Below are positions 36,961 through 43,597 of a stretch of 64,000 nucleotides of DNA, piece by piece (the stretch's first letter is position 1; every line of letters starts with the position of its first letter). Both the position numbers and the translations under genes were made by a program. The notes below the pieces were generated by a model. It worked only from the letters and a program-made list of their open reading frames with translations. It did no database searches and had not been told where the DNA came from. The stretch is taken from the IMG/VR virus record IMGVR_UViG_3300025018_000001; one strand, 5' to 3'. The stretch comes from a virus. Lineage: Duplodnaviria; Caudoviricetes.

Positions 36961-37033
36961 GCCGGTGTAGCTCAGTTGGAAGAGCGCCTCCCTTGTAAGG
37001 AGGATGTCACGGGTTCGATTCCTGTTACCGGCT
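36961..37033 (+). tRNA. tRNA-Thr(UGU)
   Basis: GCCGGTG/TACCGGC, CCTCC-CTTGTAA-GGAGG. Confidence 0.93.
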
Positions 37034-37054
37034 CAGTATATAAAGGTGAATTCA

Positions 37055-37267
37055 ATGGGTGTTTTGAGTTGTGATAGACCTGGTTGCGATAACATAATGT
37101 GTGATAGGTATTCAGGTAAACATGGTTATTTATGTTGGGAATGTTTTAATGAATTGGTTGCTAAAAAAATACCTGTAAGCGAGTTCATGCGTACAATAAG
37201 AGCAGAAGAAGATGAGAATCCTTATACTGAAGAATTTTATAATGAAATTTTTCCAATACGAAATTAA
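37055..37267 (+). CDS. Small Cys-rich protein
   Basis: AAAGGTG SD, ATG at 37055; CDRPGC...CWEC. Confidence 0.6.
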   Translation: MGVLSCDRPGCDNIMCDRYSGKHGYLCWECFNELVAKKIPVSEFMRTIRAEEDENPYTEEFYNEIFPIRN

Positions 37268-37270
37268 TTA

Positions 37271-37344
37271 CTGGGTGTAGCTCAGTCCGGTAGAGTACGT
37301 GCCTTGGACGCACGGAGTCGTTGGTTCGAATCCTACCTTAGGAG
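37271..37344 (+). pseudogene. tRNA-Pro(UGG)-like gene with unpaired acceptor stem
   Basis: D arm and CGTGC-CTTGGAC-GCACG intact; 3' acceptor strand CTTAGGA does not pair with CTGGGTG. Confidence 0.65.
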
Positions 37345-37398
37345 CAATATACCCATAACAATAATAACAATAAGTGTATTTAAACAACAGGAGTTACC

Positions 37399-37995
37399 AT
37401 GTTTAGAATTGGTTTGGAGTTAGAAGAATTTTGTGTCAATGGAGAAAAAGAAGTTATCTTAATACCGAAAGAGTCAAATATACCACATGATGGTTGTGGC
37501 TGGCTCATCGAATACAGAAGTGATGCAAGTAAAGATATTGTTGATGCCGTGTTTAGTTTACGTGCACATGAGTATAAAACAATTGAAACGCTAAAGAAAT
37601 TTAATGTATCCGGCGCTAGAATACCTGTAATGAAACCAAATAAAACTGTACGTATGGCTGCAAGAAAACGGTTCATTAAAGGCCTTGTACAATTTAACAA
37701 CATTTATGGTCATCAGTGTCATAAGAATACTCTAGCTGAAGCAGTTGCTGCTATACATATTTCTGTAACCTTTAGTGTTGAAGGTAAACATGGTAGTATA
37801 AATAAAGTATGGGACTTTCCTGATTTTATACGTCATATGGATAAAAAATTTGCTGAAGAGATATCAGCTGCGAAAAGACGTCCAGGTTTTTATGAAATTA
37901 AAAGTGACGGTAGAGTAGAGTATAGATCTTTACCAAATAATGTTGATTTAACAAAACTGATGTATGAAGTAAATGCATATAAGTTTAAATATTAA
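37399..37995 (+). CDS. Minimal COOH-NH2 ligase-fold protein (198 aa)
   Basis: IGLELEEF, DGCGWLIEYRS, AAIHIS, PGFYEIKSDGRVEYRSLP. Confidence 0.65.
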   Translation: MFRIGLELEEFCVNGEKEVILIPKESNIPHDGCGWLIEYRSDASKDIVDAVFSLRAHEYKTIETLKKFNVSGARIPVMKPNKTVRMAARKRFIKGLVQFNNIYGHQCHKNTLAEAVAAIHISVTFSVEGKHGSINKVWDFPDFIRHMDKKFAEEISAAKRRPGFYEIKSDGRVEYRSLPNNVDLTKLMYEVNAYKFKY

Positions 37996-38004
37996 AAGTT
38001 GTAA

Positions 38005-38139
38005 TGCTATTTAGTGTAACGGCAAGCATGCTAAAATCTCCTTATCTGTTAGTTCCCTTACGTAAAAGTAAGTGGTGTAAGATATGGTTACTTCATATCA
38101 TAAATGAGAAGACTGGTTCGACTCCAGAAATAGCTACCA
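38005..38139 (+). ncRNA. tRNA-Y RNA chimera A (CAU anticodon-like loop, encoded CCA)
   Basis: Acceptor, D and T arms; inserted hairpin with GTTCC/TGGTGT internal loop then TGGTTAC-TTCAT-ATCATAA-ATGAG. Confidence 0.75.
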
Positions 38140-38157
38140 AAAATTAAAATAAGGATT

Positions 38158-38304
38158 TGATCTGTAGCTCAGTTGGCTAGAGCAGCTGTTTAAAAAAGCC
38201 TGTTTTTGTTTGTTCCTCCTTTCTCCTCCTTCGTTGTGGATGGTGTAGAAAACAGATACTTCATATGGCACAGCGGGTCGTCAGTTCGAGTCTGACCAGA
38301 TCAA
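38158..38304 (+). ncRNA. tRNA-Y RNA chimera B
   Basis: TGATCTG/CAGATCA, GCTC/GAGC, GCTGT/ACAGC, GTCAG-TTCGAGT-CTGAC; insert CTGTTTT...GTTCC...TGGTGT..AAAACAG-ATACTTC. Confidence 0.75.
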
Positions 38305-38314
38305 CAATAAAGTT

Positions 38315-38416
38315 TAAAAACATACCAGATACTAGGGTGCGGTTGGTTTCGAAAGCCAATGAATCTAGTAGAGAGCGGCGGAAAATACAGCGAGATGAGT
38401 TCGAGGTATGTTTTTA
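38315..38416 (+). ncRNA. Structured RNA displaying a Ser(CGA)-like anticodon stem-loop
   Basis: TAAAAACATACC/GGTATGTTTTTA, TACTAG/CTAGTA, TTGGT-TTCGAAA-GCCAA. Confidence 0.5.
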
Positions 38417-38429
38417 TTTAATATGTATA

Positions 38430-38563
38430 GCGGATGTAGCTCAGCTGGGAGAGCGCCTTCATCATAGACACTGTATTAGCTTATTCCCTATTTTAAATAG
38501 TGGTGTATAACACAGATACTTCAACCAAGAAGGAAGTCGATAGTTCAAGCCTATCCATCCGCG
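38430..38563 (+). ncRNA. tRNA-Y RNA chimera C
   Basis: GCGGATG/CATCCGC, CCTTC/GAAGG, GATAG-TTCAAGC-CTATC; insert CTGT..TTATTCC-CTATT/AATAG-TGGTGT..ACAG-ATACTTC. Confidence 0.75.
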
Positions 38564-38583
38564 ACTTTAAAAGGAAATATTAT

Positions 38584-38754
38584 ATGAGATACGATGAAAA
38601 TTTAACGAAAGAAGCTGTACATGAGTGGGCTATTAAACATTTTAAAGGGCCTATAGAAGTGTATGCATTTAGAAAAACTTTTGTAGCAGTATGCAAAGAA
38701 GAAGTTGTAAATGTCCACTGTGATACTGGTTCAGTTGAAGTGGAAGATAGATGA
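38584..38754 (+). CDS. Small hypothetical protein (56 aa)
   Basis: AAGGA SD, ATG at 38584. Confidence 0.5.
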   Translation: MRYDENLTKEAVHEWAIKHFKGPIEVYAFRKTFVAVCKEEVVNVHCDTGSVEVEDR

Positions 38755-38759
38755 TATAT

Positions 38760-38832
38760 TGCGGGTTAGAGAAACGGCCATCTCGCTAGGCTCATATCCT
38801 GGAAACAACCGGTTCAACTCCGGTACCCGCTA
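38760..38832 (+). tRNA. tRNA-Met(CAU), initiator-like
   Basis: 1:72 mismatch, A11-U24, CTAGG-CTCATAT-CCTGG, ACCGG-TTCAACT-CCGGT; lacks the full three G-C pairs of the anticodon stem. Confidence 0.85.
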
Positions 38833-38836
38833 AATT

Positions 38837-38925
38837 TAAAACTTGAATGGTGAATAGTATGGTTACTTCTATAGACTCTTAATCTAACCAAAAACAACCT
38901 TACTAGTATGTTCCTTCAAGTTTTA
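38837..38925 (+). ncRNA. Stand-alone Y-RNA-like element F with Lys(CUU) anticodon stem-loop
   Basis: TAAAACTTGAA/TTCAAGTTTTA; TGGTGAATAG..TGGTTACTTC; TAGA-CTCTTAA-TCTA; GTTCC. Confidence 0.75.
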
Positions 38926-38954
38926 ATACTTGCTGATGATGTAGTTGATTTGTA

Positions 38955-39025
38955 ACTAGGGTGGTGAATAGAACAGTTACTTCACTGTAAATGAAAAAAC
39001 GACTGTTCTAGTCTGTTCCCTCTAA
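38955..39025 (+). ncRNA. Stand-alone Y-RNA-like element G with Tyr(GUA) anticodon stem-loop
   Basis: AGGG/CCCT; TGGTGAA; TAGAACAG/CTGTTCTA; TTAC-TTCA-CTGTAAA-TGAA; GTTCC; directly upstream of the Ro gene. Confidence 0.75.
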
Positions 39026-39048
39026 TTCGTGTTAAAGGAGAAAACACA

Positions 39049-40455
39049 ATGGCAAAGTTAAACAAAGTACCCCAGTCCCTTAGAACTCATAATGGTGCAG
39101 TAGCTAAACACATCTCCCCTGAAAACATGCTTAGACGTTCTATTATGTCTTGCTTGCTTTGGGAAAAAGAGTACTACGAAGATGGTGTTACTATCGCACA
39201 ACGAATCGAAAAATTAGTACCACTAGTTGACCCAATGGTTGTTGCAGACTTGGCGATACTTGCTCGTACTAATATGAACCTCAGGCATGTACCACTGTTA
39301 CTGGTAAACACCATGCTAAAGTTCCCTGAACACAAGAAATATGCACGAGAAGTAATAGGTAAAGTTGTTAATCGTCCTGATGAACTTGGCGAACTTCTTA
39401 CTATGTACTTTGGTGGCGGAACCAAGAATAAACCATTGGCTAACTCTTTAAAGAAGGGTCTTGCTGATGCGTTTTGTAAATTCAATGAGTACCAGTTAGC
39501 TAAGTACAACAGGGAAGAAGCAATAAAACTCCGTGATGTACTGTTCCTGACTCATGCAAAACCAGTAGACAACACTCAGGCAGTGTTGTGGAAAAAGCTT
39601 ATCGGTGGCTTCTGTAAAAATTGTGGTGAAAGTCACTATAGCAAAGATACAAAACGAGTAGAGCCTAAAACAGAGGCTTGTTCACAGTATGAAGAGCTTA
39701 CGTTGGCTACACCTGACACTTGGGAAGTCGCTTTATCTTCTGGTGGAAACAAGCGTGAACACTGGACAAGACTACTTAAAGAAGGAAAGCTTGGTGCACT
39801 GGCACTGCTTCGTAACTTACGTAATATGCTTACTGCCGGTATTGATAAACAACAAATAGCAGAAGCTTTTACAAAGACTGACCTTAGTAAAGTTCTACCT
39901 TACAGGTACATAGCTGCTGCAAAGTATGCTCCAGGTTTGGAAAATATACTGGAAGATGGTATGTTCAAGAGCTTGAAAAATGCACCTCGTATGGAAGGAC
40001 GCACAACGCTGCTTATAGATGTTTCTGGTAGCATGGATTGGGCCTTATCTGCTAAGTCTGATCTTAAGAGATTGGATGCTGCTTGTGGTTTAGCTATGCT
40101 ACTTCGTGAAATCTGTGAAGACGTAGATATATTCACATTCAGTACCAGGCTTGTGCAGGTACCACCAAGAAGAGGGTTTGCTTTAAAAGAAGCCATAGAG
40201 CGTAGTCAAGGTCATAGCTCAACTTACCTTGGTAGGTCTTTAAAAGAGTTACAAAGTAAAACAAAATGTGATAGACTTATTGTTATCACAGATGAACAAT
40301 CGAACGACGCCGTACCAGATCCAAAAGGTACTGGCTATATGATAAACGTAGCTTCTGCCAGAAATGGTGTTGGTTACGGTGCTTGGACTCATGTAGATGG
40401 TTTTAGTGAGTCTGTAGTACGTTGGATTCAGGAATTGGAAAATGATAAAAAATAA
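39049..40455 (+). CDS. rsr: Ro60/Rsr (TROVE + vWA) RNA-binding protein
   Basis: LRRSIMSCLLWE, LRHVPLLL, RPDE, YQLAKY, LRDVLFL-x-H-x-KP, TWE, LLRNLRN, LP-x-R-Y, IDVSGSM, VITDEQ. Confidence 0.93.
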   Translation: MAKLNKVPQSLRTHNGAVAKHISPENMLRRSIMSCLLWEKEYYEDGVTIAQRIEKLVPLVDPMVVADLAILARTNMNLRHVPLLLVNTMLKFPEHKKYAREVIGKVVNRPDELGELLTMYFGGGTKNKPLANSLKKGLADAFCKFNEYQLAKYNREEAIKLRDVLFLTHAKPVDNTQAVLWKKLIGGFCKNCGESHYSKDTKRVEPKTEACSQYEELTLATPDTWEVALSSGGNKREHWTRLLKEGKLGALALLRNLRNMLTAGIDKQQIAEAFTKTDLSKVLPYRYIAAAKYAPGLENILEDGMFKSLKNAPRMEGRTTLLIDVSGSMDWALSAKSDLKRLDAACGLAMLLREICEDVDIFTFSTRLVQVPPRRGFALKEAIERSQGHSSTYLGRSLKELQSKTKCDRLIVITDEQSNDAVPDPKGTGYMINVASARNGVGYGAWTHVDGFSESVVRWIQELENDKK

Positions 40456-40477
40456 GTTATGGTAGATGTGTAATACT

Positions 40478-40517
40478 AGTAGCTAGAAACTGGCAATTTT
40501 TAGCTACTTTAATTTTT
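40478..40517 (+). terminator. Rho-independent terminator after the Ro gene
   Basis: AGTAGCTAGAAA/TTTTTAGCTACT stem followed by TTAATTTTT. Confidence 0.65.
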
Positions 40518-40532
40518 GTGTAGTCAACATGG

Positions 40533-40561
40533 TTGACAATCATTGATTATGTGTGTATTAT
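40533..40561 (+). promoter_or_regulatory. Strong sigma70-type promoter
   Basis: TTGACA-N17-TATTAT; -35 lies in the palindrome GTCAAC-ATG-GTTGAC. Confidence 0.75.
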
Positions 40562-40783
40562 GTATTTACTATTTTAGTATTTCTGCTGGCAACAGATTTA
40601 CTAAGCTTTTTAAGACTGGAAAACAATATAACAAGATGGCCGTCCCTTTTATCGAATAGCTGCATCGCGCTGCGAAAGATCCGGGACCTCCTAGTTTGAG
40701 TTCGAAAGTTTAAGCAACTAGGTTGAATGGGTAGGGGTGGGGATTTTTTATCATTTATTATTAATTTAAATATTTGGGGGTGT

Positions 40784-41110
40784 ATGGAAAGAGATCTTTG
40801 TGACTTGATGGCGAACGGTGGTGATGACTTTGGTAGCCAGTATGACTATAATTCAGATGAATGTACTTCAAGAGAATTTGGTAGTCGAGATCTAGGTACA
40901 GCAATGACTTTTGCAGAGATGCTCGCAGAAGAAGAATCATTGTCCGGTTTAATGGAGTCAATGGATGCACACGACCCAGAAGAATTGTTGGAAGCTATGG
41001 AAATAGCCCAAGACAAAGATAAAGTAACACGTGTTAGTCTTAAGAGTAGGAATACGGATGCTCCTGCTTTTGAACAATACGTTTATGCAAAATGTGGACT
41101 AGTTAGATAA
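40784..41110 (+). CDS. Acidic hypothetical protein
   Basis: GGGGG SD, ATG at 40784. Confidence 0.6.
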   Translation: MERDLCDLMANGGDDFGSQYDYNSDECTSREFGSRDLGTAMTFAEMLAEEESLSGLMESMDAHDPEELLEAMEIAQDKDKVTRVSLKSRNTDAPAFEQYVYAKCGLVR

Positions 41111-41295
41111 TGCCTATTTACAATTACGAGTGTTCTGTCTGTAAAAAAAAGTATGAATCTATACAACCGATGGACACTAAAACAATACAATGTACTTGTG
41201 GTGAAACAGCTAAAAAAGTACCGTCTCTAACTAATTTTCAACTAAAAGGTGGAGGTTGGGCAAAAGATGGATACAGTAGCGGTGGTAAAAAGTAG
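41110..41295 (+). CDS. FmdB-family zinc-ribbon protein
   Basis: MPIYNYEC-x-x-C...C-x-CG...F-x-LKGGGW-x-x-DGY. Confidence 0.9.
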   Translation: MPIYNYECSVCKKKYESIQPMDTKTIQCTCGETAKKVPSLTNFQLKGGGWAKDGYSSGGKK

Positions 41296-41584
41296 TTGCG
41301 AATTTGAAAATAATATGTTAAACTTACTTATCGGTAAGAGGTATTCAATAACACTATTCGCACATGACACGCCAATGGTTGGTACAATTAAATCAAAAGA
41401 AGCTAAGGATAAATCAAATCATACTTATTGGTTTTCTTGGTGGGATGAAGCACGAAAACAAAATGTAGGACATTACATATTTGATAGAGGTTATGCTAAT
41501 ACCAAAAGAACAATTGTATATAATCAATATAGTATACGTACATGTAAAGAAGTATGTCCTAACATTGACCCTAAAAAAGATTAA
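41249..41584 (+). CDS. Hypothetical protein
   Basis: ORF; true start probably downstream. Confidence 0.5.
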   Translation: MEVGQKMDTVAVVKSSCEFENNMLNLLIGKRYSITLFAHDTPMVGTIKSKEAKDKSNHTYWFSWWDEARKQNVGHYIFDRGYANTKRTIVYNQYSIRTCKEVCPNIDPKKD

Positions 41585-41590
41585 GGAGAC

Positions 41591-42115
41591 GTGATGTTGC
41601 TCGTCGAAAAAGCAATGCTATTTGCTATTGAAGCACATAAAGGTACATTTAGAAAATTTGATGGTACAGCTTATATAAAACATCCTTTTTCTGTCATGGG
41701 GATTATGACTGAATACTCGGATGACCCTGCTGTACTAGCGGCTTGTCTACTACATGACACAGTCGAAGATATTGATGATATTACATTAGAAACAATGCAC
41801 GATACATTTGGTGAACGAGTGGCGAGTAACGTTTTTTATGTTACAGAAAAAGCTACTAAAGCTGACGGTAGTCGTAGAGTACGAAAAGAAATTGACCGTA
41901 TTCATTACAGTAAAGGTACAGTAGATTCACAAAATATAAAAGTAGCGGATATGTTGGATAATATTCCTGGTATTGTATTATGCGACCCTAAATTTGCACC
42001 TATATACTTAGAAGAAAAAAGACAGCTTTTATGGAGCTTAACAAAAGCAGTTCCAGATATAAAAGCTAAAGCAGAAAGACTAATAAACCAGATGTACTTA
42101 ATTCTAGGTAATTAG
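41591..42115 (+). CDS. HD-domain (p)ppGpp hydrolase-like protein (Mesh1/SAH type)
   Basis: A-x-EAH-x-G-x-FRK...YIKHP, LLHDTVED, IKVADMLDN. Confidence 0.85.
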   Translation: MMLLVEKAMLFAIEAHKGTFRKFDGTAYIKHPFSVMGIMTEYSDDPAVLAACLLHDTVEDIDDITLETMHDTFGERVASNVFYVTEKATKADGSRRVRKEIDRIHYSKGTVDSQNIKVADMLDNIPGIVLCDPKFAPIYLEEKRQLLWSLTKAVPDIKAKAERLINQMYLILGN

Positions 42116-42121
42116 TTTATA

Positions 42122-42257
42122 GGCCTGTTAGCTCAATCGGTTAGAGCATTAAGCTAAACCTTATTAGCTAGTTCCCTATTTAATTATAGCGGTGTATAAT
42201 ATGGTTACTTCTCTTATGATAAAAGAAAGATGGTAGGTTCGAATCCTCCACAGGCCA
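42122..42257 (+). ncRNA. tRNA-Y RNA chimera D (Ile-like body, GAU anticodon-like loop)
   Basis: GGCCTGT/ACAGGCC-A, D and T arms; insert CCTTATTA-GCTAGTTCC-CTAT/ATAG-CGGTGT-ATAATATGG-TTAC; TCTT-ATGATAA-AAGA. Confidence 0.78.
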
Positions 42258-42476
42258 AATTAAATTATTAACAAATGAATAAGGTCTCTGGTTGAGTAAT
42301 TCTAGATAGGGTGGTTCAATTCCGCCCGCCTTGAAAAATGTTGGGGTTGATGTGTTAGTCCTCCATGTATAGCTCCTAGGTAAGCTTACAGAAGCACTCA
42401 AGTGTAAACTGCAACTCTTCGTGGTTATCAGACTAAACCACGTTAACTTAATAGGGAGATTCCAAATAAGAAAAAC

Positions 42477-43199
42477 ATGAAAGAACCAAATGAGATAGAT
42501 ATTCTCGACTTGAATTATCCTTTACTTGTGAAATTTAAGGAGAAGTGTCCTGGTACTTTTGCACATAGCAAGAAATTAGCAGAAGTATTAGAAAAAATAG
42601 GTACTGCGCTTGGTCTTGATTCCAAAGTATTAAAAACTATAGGTCTGTATCATGATGTAGGTAAAATGGTAACACCTGTTTTATATTCTGAGAATCAACC
42701 AATAGATTTTAATCCACATGATAACCTGGAGCCTTGGATTTCATTTGCTCTAGTAGCTGGTCATGTAGCGCACTCAGTACAAATACTACTAAACGACCCT
42801 AACTTTGATGATGAGTTGGTAAAAGTATGCTCTCAACATCATGGCACAACTCTAGCTTTGTGCTTCTTTAAGAAAAGTGGTAGTGAAAATGAAGAGGAGT
42901 ATAGATACACAACACTTCGTCCACAATCTTTTGAAGCCGCATTACTAATGATTTGTGACCATCTAGAAGCACGTATTCGTTCTGAAATGAATAGCGGTAG
43001 GATAACAGATAAAGAGGGTATTGAAAATATAGTAGAGATAGTTTTCAATAGTTTAGTAGACGATGGTCAATTCGATGATGTAGCCGTACCGAGTTTTAAA
43101 ATATTACGGACACTGAAAAGTACACTGAAATTAGAATTTTCAGAGTTGTTCGAAGACCATAAGCGTATAGACTACGCACAAGATACAGTAAAGAAATAA
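42477..43199 (+). CDS. Stand-alone HDIG phosphohydrolase (PgpH/7TM-HD-like catalytic domain)
   Basis: PGTFAHS, LYHDVGK, ENQ...NPHD, QHHGTT, P-x-SFEAALLMICD. Confidence 0.85.
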   Translation: MKEPNEIDILDLNYPLLVKFKEKCPGTFAHSKKLAEVLEKIGTALGLDSKVLKTIGLYHDVGKMVTPVLYSENQPIDFNPHDNLEPWISFALVAGHVAHSVQILLNDPNFDDELVKVCSQHHGTTLALCFFKKSGSENEEEYRYTTLRPQSFEAALLMICDHLEARIRSEMNSGRITDKEGIENIVEIVFNSLVDDGQFDDVAVPSFKILRTLKSTLKLEFSELFEDHKRIDYAQDTVKK

Positions 43200-43216
43200 C
43201 TTTTGGTTAAGCTACT

Positions 43217-43429
43217 ATGACAATGAAAGTTTACAAAGTTGGCGAAAAATCTAAAGCCATATGTCACATCTGCAAAGCGATTAAAGAAACAACTTTTGAT
43301 TTAAGAGACGTTCCTCTTTCTGATGGTACAGCTATTGCTAAAGAAGCATTGGTAGGTATTTGTGATACTTGTAATACTATTGTGTCAATGCCAGCGCAGC
43401 ACATACATTATAAAAAATTGAGTTTGTAA
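43217..43429 (+). CDS. Zn-ribbon protein (YgiT/MqsA N-terminal-like)
   Basis: CHIC...CDTC. Confidence 0.55.
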   Translation: MTMKVYKVGEKSKAICHICKAIKETTFDLRDVPLSDGTAIAKEALVGICDTCNTIVSMPAQHIHYKKLSL

Positions 43430-43597
43430 TACTAATAGTATCAAACTGCTTCCGCAAAGAAGTGTAAGTGAAAGAAAGCAGCCTGTGAATAGGCCTAAGA
43501 CGACTATATGTACCGCACGTAAAGTGGCTGACATGGTAGCGTGGTTGCCATCGTAAGGACGAAAACCCTAAGTGCAAATCTTGTAAAACTATTAGTA
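43430..43597 (+). ncRNA. ~170-nt structured intergenic RNA
   Basis: TACTAATAGT/ACTATTAGTA closing stem; CTGCTT/AAGCAG; ATGGTAGC/GTTGCCAT. Confidence 0.45.

Noticed and set aside
38074-38240. Standard-order YrlA read across elements A and B
   Set aside because: The 3' acceptor strand of A (AATAGCT) cannot pair with the 5' strand of B (TGATCTG); all pairings are within each element.
38005-42257. Ordinary tRNAs with removable introns
   Set aside because: Inserts are far too short for group I introns. In D, removing the insert gives an unpaired anticodon stem (TTAAG/AAGAA), while the retained 3' part already forms the arm. Not fully excluded for B and C.
28669-43577. ORF-track entries overlapping RNA genes (28669-28875, 29196-29396, 31369-31554, 31507-31719, 36754-36948, 38265-38510, 42180-42401, 43377-43577)
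   Set aside because: They are translations of tRNA or structured RNA sequence with no SD or protein motif.
43430-43597. c-di-GMP-I riboswitch or hammerhead ribozyme
   Set aside because: P1 cannot form (5' ATCAAAC versus 3' GTTGCC) and motif order is off; CTGA is not followed by NGA, so there is no hammerhead core.
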